35,237 nt of DNA, taken from a bacterium. Its GTDB lineage: Bacteria > Zhuqueibacterota > Zhuqueibacteria > Oceanimicrobiales > Oceanimicrobiaceae. Positions 24,981 to 34,289 of the stretch are shown here, one piece after another; within the stretch, counting starts at the first letter, position 1; every line of letters starts with the position of its first letter. Location: the NCBI GenBank assembly GCA_046757165.1, contig JBHHXT010000032.1:1-35237 (forward strand). The letters run 5' to 3'. Made by a program: the position numbers and the translations under genes. The notes under the pieces are model-generated. The model saw nothing but the letters and a program-made list of their open reading frames with translations. It had not been told where the DNA came from and did no database searches.

Positions 24981-25667
24981 CTATTGCCGCTCGCCGAAGA
25001 TTGAGCGGCCGATTCGGACCATGGTCGCCCCTTCCTCAATTGCGAGCTCAAAATCATTTGTCATGCCCATAGATAGCTCATGCATGACCACTCCGCTTAT
25101 TTGGTGTTCTTCGACTCTGTCGCGCAACTCCCGGAGTCTCCGAAAACACCCCTGCACCACCTCGACCTCCGTTGTGAATGCGCCAATGGTCATCAACCCT
25201 TTGATTTGCACCCTTGGAAACTGCGCCATTTCCTTAATCGCTGGCAGCGCCTCTTCGGGTGCCAACCCAAACTTTGATTCCTCTCCTGAGGTATTCACCT
25301 GTATCAAGACTTCGACGGTTTTGTCGAGCTTTTCTGCCTGTACTTGAATTTCGTGCGCCAATCGCGTGCTATCGACAGAATGAATCATCTGGACAAATTG
25401 CAGCGCACGTCTGACCTTGTTGGTCTGCAGGTGCCCGATGAGATGCCAATGAACGGCCGCATCGACCGCATTGAATTTTTGCCACGCCTCCTGCACACGA
25501 TTCTCGCCGACACAGGTCACGCCGGCGGCAACCGCTTCCTGAATCCGGCTGGCATCGACTGCTTTTGTAACTACCACGAGCTTGACTGTCTGCGGACCCC
25601 GATTTGCCCTACCACAAGCGCGCTCAATGCTCGCTTTGACCTCTTTTATGTTCTCCGCAATCGACAT
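24981..25667 (-). CDS. yggS: YggS family PLP homeostasis protein
   Basis: LVVVTK, GENRVQEA, WHLIGHLQTNKV, GLMTI, LSMGMTND, VRIGRSIFG. Confidence 0.96.
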   Translation of the reverse strand: MSIAENIKEVKASIERACGRANRGPQTVKLVVVTKAVDASRIQEAVAAGVTCVGENRVQEAWQKFNAVDAAVHWHLIGHLQTNKVRRALQFVQMIHSVDSTRLAHEIQVQAEKLDKTVEVLIQVNTSGEESKFGLAPEEALPAIKEMAQFPRVQIKGLMTIGAFTTEVEVVQGCFRRLRELRDRVEEHQISGVVMHELSMGMTNDFELAIEEGATMVRIGRSIFGERQ

Positions 25668-25686
25668 GAAGATTACAAAAGTATTA

Positions 25687-25715
25687 AATATAAATAACTA
25701 ACGTATCAAAATCAA
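25687..25715 (-). promoter_or_regulatory. sigma70-type promoter for the yggS-ileS-rluD run
   Basis: Minus strand TTGATT-17 nt-TATATT. Confidence 0.55.
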
Positions 25716-25796
25716 CAAAAAACTCACGGAAGAAAAACGACCACAGGAATGAGCCGTGCTGCCGCATAGCAGCGGAGCGAAGCGAGACGGAGGCGC

Positions 25797-27278
25797 CTAA
25801 AGCTTGCCAGCGAGAACCAGGGTTTTCTTCTGCGTTTCCAGCACGCCGGCCTGTGCATTCAGCGCTTGCAAAAAGACGATGTAGATACCCATGCGTGCAA
25901 TTTCTCCGTGGCTGTCTGTGCCATCCCAGACAATGGTGTTCTGAGAGGCGGCAGGCCGGTTGTTGGCGAGAAACCGGATCAGCCGACCGCGCAAATCATA
26001 AATCTTGACATTCACGGAAGCGGTCGTCATGGGGAGCTCGTAGCCAATGAGCACGAAGTCATCTTTGCCATCGCCATCAGGAGAAAAGGGATTCGGTGTG
26101 ATGGAAATCCTGCCGCCAGCAACCACCGTTTCGGCGAAAATGCTGTTTCTTGCACCAGGTGTGCCCCCCAGGAACGTCACTGAAGAGCTCCAGTTAGAGC
26201 TATCCCCGGAGGCGAGATCGGGTCTGATTTTTTCCAGAGAGATGCCGCGCGCGCCGCCCCAGCTTTTCCGGTAATCCACCCGGTCTATCTGCTGACCGAG
26301 CAAGTCGAGCGCAACGACGCTGTCGAAATCATCGTTTAAACTCGGCAAAGCTTTCAGTTCAACGAGCGAACGCGGTGACGGACTGAAAACCTCCAGAATG
26401 GAGGAATCCGCCACCAGCACCAGAAAAGCCTCCGGCGCAAGGAACACCCGATCTAGGATGAAAACCCGGGCGCGGGTATCCGAATCCGTGACTGCCCAGC
26501 GGGTGAGATCAATCGTTGTGGGGAGTGTATTGATGATCTCGATCCACTCCGGCTGCCCGTCGAGTGGGGAATACATGATTTCGTTCACTCTGACCGAGCT
26601 CGGCGCGAACCCCTGCAAAGTTGTGCTATTCGTCCCTCCGGGCGTACCCAGCACGACCTTACCGTCTTGCCAGTTGTCCGGCACATCCGACCCAAACAAA
26701 TCGATTTTTTCATCGGGAAAGCCACCAGCATTGGGGGTGGTATACGTGTACACGGACACCACCCGCCCGGATGCGTCAAGCAAGGAAACGATTTCTGGTG
26801 TCTCATTCGCCAGACCCCTCAGGCCAAAGGCGCTATTATCGATGGTGAGAATCAAGGCGTTGTCAGGGATGAAATCGTCGTAGGAGGTCGAGTTGTTGAA
26901 ATAAGTGGCGTCCAGAACGAGTCCGAATTGACCTGGCTGCAGGACCAGACCCCGCTCATGGGCAGCGAGGTCGTCCGTACTGCTGCCATCACTGATTCGC
27001 CAGCCCATCAAATCTACCGCCTCGGCTTCAGATAGATTAACAATCTCGATAAACTCATCATGCGACTCGCTGCCAAGCGGATTGAACATGATTTCCGAAA
27101 GCACGACCTGTCCGGATGCTGAGGAGGCGGCTGACAAAACGAGGCAGAAAGCCCATTTTTTCAAACCTTTACAACCAAAGCGCTCGCGAGAAGGCAGGCG
27201 AATCTGCCGGCTGCAGGTCTGTTTTTGAACAGAGCACATCTCATGACTCCCCTGGCGCGGTGAAACTGCAAAGCTCAA
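25797..27278 (-). CDS. secreted lamin-tail-domain protein with CHU_C/FlgD-Ig-like C-terminal domain
   Basis: Two repeats V(V/R)(L/V)(S/N)EIM..P...E(F/W)IEI.N...DL..W...GTPG..NS; C-terminal PNPFSPDGDGKDD...VKIYDLRGRLIR...WDGTD...GIYIV. True start is uncertain (27239 or 27164 more likely). Confidence 0.82.
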   Translation of the reverse strand: MSFAVSPRQGSHEMCSVQKQTCSRQIRLPSRERFGCKGLKKWAFCLVLSAASSASGQVVLSEIMFNPLGSESHDEFIEIVNLSEAEAVDLMGWRISDGSSTDDLAAHERGLVLQPGQFGLVLDATYFNNSTSYDDFIPDNALILTIDNSAFGLRGLANETPEIVSLLDASGRVVSVYTYTTPNAGGFPDEKIDLFGSDVPDNWQDGKVVLGTPGGTNSTTLQGFAPSSVRVNEIMYSPLDGQPEWIEIINTLPTTIDLTRWAVTDSDTRARVFILDRVFLAPEAFLVLVADSSILEVFSPSPRSLVELKALPSLNDDFDSVVALDLLGQQIDRVDYRKSWGGARGISLEKIRPDLASGDSSNWSSSVTFLGGTPGARNSIFAETVVAGGRISITPNPFSPDGDGKDDFVLIGYELPMTTASVNVKIYDLRGRLIRFLANNRPAASQNTIVWDGTDSHGEIARMGIYIVFLQALNAQAGVLETQKKTLVLAGKL

Positions 27279-27299
27279 CCCGTAACCGCGAGTGCACCC

Positions 27300-27335
27300 A
27301 AAAGAAAACGCCCAGGATTCAGCACCCTGAGCGTT
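27300..27335 (-). terminator. intrinsic terminator after the M23 peptidase gene
   Basis: Minus strand AACGCTCAGGG-TGCTGAA-TCCTGGGCGTT followed by TTCTTTT. Confidence 0.75.
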
Positions 27336-27362
27336 GCATTCGTCGTAAGTGTGGAGAGCCGG

Positions 27363-28283
27363 TTAGTTCAGGATATAGGCAAGCGGGTCGATAGCCTGTC
27401 CGTCCTTGCGGACTTCATAATGCAGATGTGCTCCCGTCGCCAACCCTGTGTCGCCAACCATCCCAATGGCTTTCCATCTATCAGTCTTTTGCCCTTTCTG
27501 CACCAGGACTTTCGATAGGTGGCCATAGAGCGTTTTGATGCCAAAGCCGTGGTCGATGATCACATATTTGCCCCAGCCATGATTCTTCTTATAGTCAGTC
27601 ACGACTTTTTCCACCTTTCCAGCAGCCGTGGCAAAAACTTCCGTTCCCCGTTCAGCCGCAATGTCGATGCCCTTGTGATGCTTGACTTTTTCAAGCAGAG
27701 GGTGAATTCGAAAGCCGAATTTGTCCTTGATTCTGCCCCCAAGAAGGGGTCGAATTGAGGGCGTGTGCTTCATGACAACCTTGTTGTGCTCAATCTTGTG
27801 TCTGATTTCATCGCGACTGTGCCGGGTCAGGGCGAGCCGTCTTTCCATCTTGTCAAGAACTTCTTGATATTCCATGACCTGGTCCGCGACTTCCTTGGAC
27901 ACCACGGGGAACTCAAAGTTGACCGGGATGACCCCCCCTACACCGACATTGCGTGTATCATCGTCAATCTTGGGCAAATCGGCGATGATGCGGAGATGGT
28001 CATCCTCGCGTTCCAGTTCTTTAACACGACCCTCGATTTGCGCAAGTTTGCCGTCCATGTTGACCAATTCACTCTTCAACTGCTCATTGATCTCGGAGAG
28101 CGAAGAGATTGTAACGTTTTGATAGAAATCGGTGAAGAAGGCGAGTGAGCCTGAAACAAGGAATAGTAACACGACAAAACCTGTACAAAGAATTGAGAAA
28201 AACTTACGCCAGGTTAGCTCAAATTCTTTCGAACCCGAATCCCGTAAGGAAAAGTATATGATCTTCACCTTTTTTGTTTGCAT
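27363..28283 (-). CDS. M23 family metallopeptidase with N-terminal TM and coiled coil
   Basis: TPSIRP, FGFRIHP, HKGID (HxxxD), YGHLS, ATGAHLHYEV (HxH). Confidence 0.94.
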   Translation of the reverse strand: MQTKKVKIIYFSLRDSGSKEFELTWRKFFSILCTGFVVLLFLVSGSLAFFTDFYQNVTISSLSEINEQLKSELVNMDGKLAQIEGRVKELEREDDHLRIIADLPKIDDDTRNVGVGGVIPVNFEFPVVSKEVADQVMEYQEVLDKMERRLALTRHSRDEIRHKIEHNKVVMKHTPSIRPLLGGRIKDKFGFRIHPLLEKVKHHKGIDIAAERGTEVFATAAGKVEKVVTDYKKNHGWGKYVIIDHGFGIKTLYGHLSKVLVQKGQKTDRWKAIGMVGDTGLATGAHLHYEVRKDGQAIDPLAYILN

Positions 28284-28478
28284 GGTATTAGCCCTTCCTC
28301 AGAGACAAAGCCAGCAACTTTGCACCAACTGGATTACCCATAAACGACCATACCCCGTGACGATGCAGCAACTACATATACTAGAAGAAAAGCATCAAAA
28401 TGCAATCAATGAAAAAAACGAATAAAAACCGTTTCCTCAAGTTAAGGTAGGACTATCTGAAGCAATCAGTACGAACGG

Positions 28479-28507
28479 AATGTAACAATTTCAATCTTTT
28501 TTGTCAA
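28479..28507 (-). promoter_or_regulatory. sigma70-type promoter for the M23 gene (long leader)
   Basis: Minus strand TTGACA-17 nt-TACATT with extended -10 TG; ~190 nt upstream of the ATG. Confidence 0.7.
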
Positions 28508-28803
28508 GAAAAAAATAAAGAGATCGGTACTAAATTGAAAATAGTTACGAAAATAAGTCAAATTTACCTACCTCAACCAGGACTTCATGAAAAGCTCGAG
28601 CAATTTTCTACGAAAACGGCTCCGGATGATGTCGGGCAGGTTAACTGACAGTCGCTAGTTAAGATTCCCGATTCCAATATACCTGACATGCTCCGAATCA
28701 CAAGAAAACGCAATCAATTTTTGTTAAAAGATGAAACTCGAGGCCCGCCAGAGGCTTAAACCATTCAACACACGTATCTGTTCAATCGGGGTCAATCAAG
28801 CGA

Positions 28804-29835
28804 ATGAAGGTCTTCATTTCCACGGTCACCGTCCTGTTTCTTGTTGCAATCGGCGATTGCAGAAGCACATTGCCACGGCAAATCGACAGCCTGGTGGTAC
28901 AAGGGATTCAATTAAGCATGCTGCAGTCCTATTCGGATGCCATCGACATTTTTACCGGGATTCAGGACGAACTTCCGGACCACCCCGCTGGCTACTTCTT
29001 TCACGCCGCCGTGGTTCAAACGCGCATGATGGACTTCGAGCACTACGATCAGGAGGAAAGATTCCTGTCGCTCATCGACACCACTATCGAGCTGGCAAAA
29101 CAGAAGATCAAGCGAGACAAAGATGACGCCTGGGCGTACTTCTTCCTTGGAGGCGGCTACGGCTACCTGTCCTTTTATCGAGCCAAACAAAAGAAGTTCT
29201 GGGAAGCCTTCCACACGGCCAGATACAGCGTGGAGGCACTGCAAATCGCCGTCGCCAAAGACTCGACACTCTACGATGCCTACCTGGGATTAGGGACGTA
29301 TAAGTACTACCGCAGCCGGTATAGCCGCTATCTCTCGTGGCTGCCCCTGATCTCCGATGAAAGAGAAGGCGGCATCGACTTGATCAAGGTTGCGATGACG
29401 AAAAGCCGCTTCTCGCGCTATGGCGCTATCAACGGCATTTGCTGGATATTCGTTGAAGAAAAACGCTACCAGGAGGGCCTGGCGATCGCAGAATCTGTCT
29501 TGCGGGATTACCCTGACAGCCGCGTCTTCCTATGGTGCGCAGCAAAACTCTGTAAAAAATTGCAGCGCTGGCACGAGGCTGCCAAATACTATGAACGGAT
29601 ACTCGCCTCCTTGCACAGGCAAGGTATCCAATCGCCGGTTAATGAATTGACCTGCCGCAAGAATCTCTCGCACATCTATTCCAAGCTCCAACAGCATGAC
29701 AGAGCACGACAACAGTGTGAAATGGCGAGCATCATCCATTTGGATAAGAAAACAAAGAAACAATGCTCGCAAACATTGCAAGACATCGCAGAAACTTGCG
29801 CTGCTGAGCTAAATCAGGCGTGGCCGGTGGAGTGA
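28804..29835 (+). CDS. exported TPR-like helical repeat protein
   Basis: Hydrophobic N-terminus; PDHPAGYFF, AYFFLGGGYG, YDAYLGLGTY, EAAKYYE helical-repeat patterns. Confidence 0.75.
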   Translation: MKVFISTVTVLFLVAIGDCRSTLPRQIDSLVVQGIQLSMLQSYSDAIDIFTGIQDELPDHPAGYFFHAAVVQTRMMDFEHYDQEERFLSLIDTTIELAKQKIKRDKDDAWAYFFLGGGYGYLSFYRAKQKKFWEAFHTARYSVEALQIAVAKDSTLYDAYLGLGTYKYYRSRYSRYLSWLPLISDEREGGIDLIKVAMTKSRFSRYGAINGICWIFVEEKRYQEGLAIAESVLRDYPDSRVFLWCAAKLCKKLQRWHEAAKYYERILASLHRQGIQSPVNELTCRKNLSHIYSKLQQHDRARQQCEMASIIHLDKKTKKQCSQTLQDIAETCAAELNQAWPVE

Positions 29836-29898
29836 CCACAGCCAGGTGTGACACTTTGCGGCAAGCCATTGTCAATTCGCCTACTTAAGCGACAAATT

Positions 29899-30921
29899 TC
29901 AGCTCCGCGCGGCCAACTGCCCACATCCTGCGTCGATATCGTCCCCTTTGCTCCAACGAATGGTCACAGGGGCTCGCATACCAGCAAGCCGTGAATAAAA
30001 CTGCAAGATACGATGTTCTGGCGGGCGCTGGTACGCGCCACTCGTCGCATTGTAGGGAATCAGGTTGACCTTGCAAAGGAGGCCTCGCATCAGCTCCTTT
30101 AGTCGATCAGCATCGTCGAGCGAATCATTGATACCATTGAGCAGGACATACTCAAACGTCACGGGGTGATGCATTTTCTCACTGTAGTAGCGAGCCGCAT
30201 CGAGCAACGCCCGAATAGGCCACTTCTTGTTGAGCGGCATGATGCGTGTGCGCACATCGTCCCGGGTGGCATTGAGAGAAATGGCCAGTCGGTACTTCTG
30301 CCGCTCATCAGCGAACTGATAAATCCTTGGAATCAACCCGCTGGTTGACACGACAATGTGGCGCCGGGCCACCCCGGGACCACCGGCTGCGCTCATCAGG
30401 GCACAGGCCGTCATCAGATTGTCATAATTATGAAACGGCTCCCCCATCCCCATACACACGACGTTGGTCACCTTGTGTCCAGACAAGAACTGTACGGCGA
30501 GCAATTGATCGACGATTTCACCGGAGCTCAGATTGCGTTTCAGTCCCATCATACCCGTGGCGCAAAACTTGCAATCGATAGCACAGCCAACCTGTGTCGA
30601 GATACAGAGCGTCGTGCGATGCTCTTCAACCATCAGCACAGACTCGATGGACATCCGATCTTCCAGGTGAAACACATACTTGATGGACTCATCTTTGCGA
30701 GATTCCAGAGCCGTGCGCAATTCTAATAAGCTCACTGTTGCCTGCTGCGCTAATTTGGCTCTAAGCGCCGCTCCCAGGTTTGTCATGTCATCGAATGAAC
30801 GCACCCCCTTGCCGTACATCCAGCCAAATAGCTGCCGGGCGCGAAAGCGCTTCTCGCCTATCGATTCGACATAGTCCTCCAACTCAGCTAGATCCAGACC
30901 CTTCAGGTTGATTTTGCTCAT
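29899..30921 (-). CDS. rlmN: 23S rRNA (adenine(2503)-C2)-methyltransferase
   Basis: CISTQVGCAIDCKFCATG, MGMGEP, ISLNA, FEYVLL, NLIPYN, GDDIDAGCGQL. Confidence 0.96.
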   Translation of the reverse strand: MSKINLKGLDLAELEDYVESIGEKRFRARQLFGWMYGKGVRSFDDMTNLGAALRAKLAQQATVSLLELRTALESRKDESIKYVFHLEDRMSIESVLMVEEHRTTLCISTQVGCAIDCKFCATGMMGLKRNLSSGEIVDQLLAVQFLSGHKVTNVVCMGMGEPFHNYDNLMTACALMSAAGGPGVARRHIVVSTSGLIPRIYQFADERQKYRLAISLNATRDDVRTRIMPLNKKWPIRALLDAARYYSEKMHHPVTFEYVLLNGINDSLDDADRLKELMRGLLCKVNLIPYNATSGAYQRPPEHRILQFYSRLAGMRAPVTIRWSKGDDIDAGCGQLAARS

Positions 30922-31019
30922 CTGATTCAGTGTTTGCTGGAAAACACAGCGCGGCGCAGCCTCAGTCGAGAAGGATGTTTCATTGTTCTATTGTTTCATG
31001 GTTCGCTTGTAATACGACA

Positions 31020-31048
31020 AATGTAAGTAAACCTGGCATGAAGTACAA
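31020..31048 (-). promoter_or_regulatory. sigma70-type promoter for rlmN
   Basis: Minus strand TTGTAC-17 nt-TACATT. Confidence 0.5.
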
Positions 31049-31143
31049 GGAACAATTCTCCCGGTTCTACATGTCAACGAAGGAATACTTCAAAGATTTC
31101 TGGCTGAAAGGTGAAAAGAAAGACAACGGAGAAGTGATTCAAC

Positions 31144-31172
31144 TTGACATTCGAGAAGCAATTTCTTAGCTT
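31144..31172 (+). promoter_or_regulatory. sigma70-type promoter for moxR-DUF58
   Basis: TTGACA-17 nt-TAGCTT. Confidence 0.65.
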
Positions 31173-31223
31173 CATTCTTCCAACTTGAGGCATTCAGACG
31201 ACTCGAAACATTGGAGGTTTTTC

Positions 31224-32228
31224 ATGGCAGCCATTGAGGCAAAAGCAAGCGACATCGAAACCGTTGCACAGCTTGAAAAAGCGAGCAAGAAGATCACCGC
31301 CGAAATCGGCAAAATTATTGTCGGGCAAGCCAAAGTCATTGAGGAGCTCCTCATTTCATTGCTGGCAAGTGGACACTGCTTGCTGGTTGGCGTACCGGGC
31401 CTGGCAAAGACATTGCTGATCAACACGCTGGCGCAGGTGCTCGATTTGAAGTTCAATCGTATCCAATTCACGCCGGACCTGATGCCCTCTGACATCACCG
31501 GTACCGAGATTATTGAGGAGGACACGACCACCGGACATAAGGCATTCAAATTCATCAAAGGACCGGTTTTCGCCAACATCGTGCTCGCCGACGAAATCAA
31601 CCGTACGCCGCCCAAAACGCAAGCGGCCCTCCTGCAGGCGATGCAGGAGCACGAAGTCACCGCCGCCGGCACTACCTATCGACTGGAAGAACCGTTTTTC
31701 GTGCTCGCGACCCAGAATCCCATCGAGCAAGAGGGCACCTATCCGCTGCCGGAAGCTCAGCTCGACCGCTTTATGTTCAATCTCTGGGTCGACTACCCGT
31801 CGCGTGATGAAGAAGTGGAGATTGTTAAATCAACCACCAGCGCATACGAAGCAAACGTCAACGCGATGCTTAACGCCGAAGAGATTTTGAAATTGCAGAA
31901 GCTGGTCCGCCGCGTACCGGTCGCGGACCAGGTGATCGATTATGCCGTGGCTTTGGTGCGGAAAACGCGTCCGACATACACGCATGCGCCAGAATTTGTT
32001 CGCGAGTGGATTCGATGGGGCGCAGGGCCGCGCGCGTCACAATACCTGATTCTGGCGGCCAAAACCCGCGCCATTCTGAGCGGCCGGCCAACGCCGGAAA
32101 TCGAAGATGTGAAAGCCACAGCGAGACCCGTTCTGCGCCACCGCCTGGTGACCAATTTCAACGCAGAAGCGGAAGGCGTCGGCACCGTCGACATTGTCAA
32201 CCGCCTGCTAGACATGGGGCAGTCCTGA
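31224..32228 (+). CDS. MoxR family AAA+ ATPase
   Basis: GVPGLAKT, RIQFTPDLMPSDITG, LADEINRTPPKTQAALL, ATQNPIEQEGTYPLPEAQLDRF; GGAGG RBS. Confidence 0.96.
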   Translation: MAAIEAKASDIETVAQLEKASKKITAEIGKIIVGQAKVIEELLISLLASGHCLLVGVPGLAKTLLINTLAQVLDLKFNRIQFTPDLMPSDITGTEIIEEDTTTGHKAFKFIKGPVFANIVLADEINRTPPKTQAALLQAMQEHEVTAAGTTYRLEEPFFVLATQNPIEQEGTYPLPEAQLDRFMFNLWVDYPSRDEEVEIVKSTTSAYEANVNAMLNAEEILKLQKLVRRVPVADQVIDYAVALVRKTRPTYTHAPEFVREWIRWGAGPRASQYLILAAKTRAILSGRPTPEIEDVKATARPVLRHRLVTNFNAEAEGVGTVDIVNRLLDMGQS

Positions 32229-33139
32229 TGGCCAAGACCGAAAAAGGTGACTACCGCAAGTACCTCAAACCCGAGATAGTCTCCAAACTTTCATCCATGG
32301 ATCTGCGCGCCCGCCTGGTGGTAGAAGGCTTCATCACCGGATTGCACAAGAGTCCATACCACGGCTTCAGCGTTGAGTTCGCAGAGCACCGGCAGTACAT
32401 GCCCGGCGACGAAATCAAGCACGTCGACTGGAAGGTCTACGGCAAGACGGATCGCTTTTATGTTAAACAATTCGAAGAAGAGACCAACCTGAAATCATAC
32501 CTGTTGCTCGATGCCTCGGCATCGATGGGGTATGCTTCCAGCACCCTGAGCAAGCTGCAATACGCCTCCTATCTTGCCGGCGCGCTGGCCTACCTCATGA
32601 TTCGTCAACGTGATGCCGTCGGCCTGGTGACCTTTGATGAGAAAATTCGTCGCTACCTGCCGCCGCACTCGGTAACCACCTACCTGCATGAAATCCTGCT
32701 CGAGCTGGACAAAACCGAACACAGCTCGAAGACCGATCTGGCTTCCGCTCTGCACCAGATGGCAGACCGCATTCAGCGCCGCGGCCTGATTATTCTGTTT
32801 TCCGATTTGCTCGACGAGCCGCAGCAGGTCATGTCCGGCTTGAAACACTTTCGCTACAAGAAAAATGAAGTCATCGTCTTCCAAATTCTCGATCCCCTCG
32901 AGCTCAGTTTCGATTTTCCCCAGGATGCCGTCTTCAAGGATCTGGAGTCGGGTGAGGAAATCAACACACAGCCCTGGCACATCAGAAACGACTACCGGGC
33001 GCAAGTCGCTGAATTCAACCACATGTACAAGAAGTTTTGCCGCGAGCACCAGATCGAGTTTGTTTCGCTGAGTACAAAACAAAGCTACGACCGCGCGCTG
33101 ATCGAGTACTTGTTGAAGCGCAAACGAATCGGCGGGTAA
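32228..33139 (+). CDS. DUF58 domain protein
   Basis: GLHKSPYHGFSVEFAEHRQYMPGD...DWKVYGKTD, LLDASASM, LFSD; TGATG overlap with moxR. Confidence 0.95.
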   Translation: MAKTEKGDYRKYLKPEIVSKLSSMDLRARLVVEGFITGLHKSPYHGFSVEFAEHRQYMPGDEIKHVDWKVYGKTDRFYVKQFEEETNLKSYLLLDASASMGYASSTLSKLQYASYLAGALAYLMIRQRDAVGLVTFDEKIRRYLPPHSVTTYLHEILLELDKTEHSSKTDLASALHQMADRIQRRGLIILFSDLLDEPQQVMSGLKHFRYKKNEVIVFQILDPLELSFDFPQDAVFKDLESGEEINTQPWHIRNDYRAQVAEFNHMYKKFCREHQIEFVSLSTKQSYDRALIEYLLKRKRIGG

Positions 33140-33328
33140 CCTGAGTAAATTTTTCCAATACCTTCGTTGGTCGTAAGCACGCCTATGCGGAGACCTATCT
33201 AGATTCGGGGAAAAAGATGGGTATCGTCGTGAAGAAAACTCAGGAGGCTTAGCGAAGAGGCAAGCACGACATTTTCTCCGGCTCAGCAATACCCAATGGC
33301 TTCATGTAGGTGATAAAGGAGGTCCTGA

Positions 33329-33985
33329 TCAAATCGATAGCTTCTTGAACTCATCGTACAGTTTCAGAACAAACGGGACATAGTTACGCGTTTCTGCCCA
33401 CAGGATGTCATCCGCCTTGTCGCTCGCAAGCCAGCGCTCGACCACCCTGCCTCCGCCATTGTATGCCGCCAGTCCGCCTTCAAGCCCATACATTTCGATC
33501 AACGTAGACAGGTAACGGCACCCCATGCGGATATTATGAACGGGATGATAGAGCACCTCCTCGGGAGTCGTCCAGGCAATCCCGTCAACGGGGGCCAGCC
33601 ATTTGCCGGTGCCGGGCATGATTTGCATCAAACCCATGGCCCCGGCCCAGGAAGTCGCCTCAGGATGCCAGGAACGGCCACTTTCATGCGTGATCATCGC
33701 GCAAATGAGATCGACGTCAAGATTTGGATATTTGACACTCATCTCATAGATTTCTTCGGCAATGTCATGTCTCATTTCCACGTCCATGTCGGGATTGAAT
33801 CTGGCAATAATTCTGTTGACTTTGTGATGCGTCTTTTGACGCATGTAGTCCACATCCCGTACATTGTTTGCGAAGTTTATGAAACGCTCCAACTCTGTAA
33901 TTTTACCAAGAATCGAGTCATTTTTGATGACCAAGAAGTTCAGCGAAAACAACCCAACGACCACAGGAATAAGCAGTGACTTCAT
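33329..33985 (-). CDS. lytic transglycosylase (SLT domain) with N-terminal membrane anchor
   Basis: AMITHES (catalytic Glu), GAMGLMQIMP, NIRMGCRYL, LAAYNGG, ETRNYV; GAGGAG RBS supports start 33985. Confidence 0.93.
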   Translation of the reverse strand: MKSLLIPVVVGLFSLNFLVIKNDSILGKITELERFINFANNVRDVDYMRQKTHHKVNRIIARFNPDMDVEMRHDIAEEIYEMSVKYPNLDVDLICAMITHESGRSWHPEATSWAGAMGLMQIMPGTGKWLAPVDGIAWTTPEEVLYHPVHNIRMGCRYLSTLIEMYGLEGGLAAYNGGGRVVERWLASDKADDILWAETRNYVPFVLKLYDEFKKLSI

Positions 33986-34174
33986 TGTCTCCTCACTCAT
34001 AAGTTATCTTCTCAAATCCTTTCTTCTAAGAGACCAGAGCAGCAACTAATCTCTCATTAGAGAAGTCCGATGGGTTAGGTTCTGGCTAAAAAGCAGAACA
34101 GGCAAAGATGTGGGCGCTTATTGATGAGACTCTGACTTTTGCAACCTAACACGTTCAAAATTGAACTCTCTTTT

Positions 34175-34190
34175 TGCAACTACTATTCCA
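34175..34190 (-). promoter_or_regulatory. sigma54-type promoter TGGAAT-AGTAG-TTGCA upstream of the SLT gene
   Basis: GG-N10-GC spacing with TTGCA intact; IHF-like TAATTTATTGTTT at 34219-34231 and UAS-like sites further upstream. Confidence 0.6.
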
Positions 34191-34289
34191 AAAAATCACG
34201 CGAAACGAAAAAGATTCCTAATTTATTGTTTTTATGGAATATGCCTAGAATTTTTCGGTGCGGGCGAGGGGGAGTTGATCTTAAGAAAA

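Noticed and set aside
28804..28862. lipoprotein signal in the TPR-like protein (AIGDC)
   Set aside because: Asp at -1 does not fit the lipobox; treated as a generic export signal.
32006..32227. 74-aa N-terminal extension of DUF58
   Set aside because: It overlaps moxR; the TGATG coupling at 32226-32230 marks the real start.
34001..34165. c-di-AMP or c-di-GMP riboswitch in the SLT leader
   Set aside because: I could not find the conserved core motifs of either class by eye; an Rfam scan would be needed.
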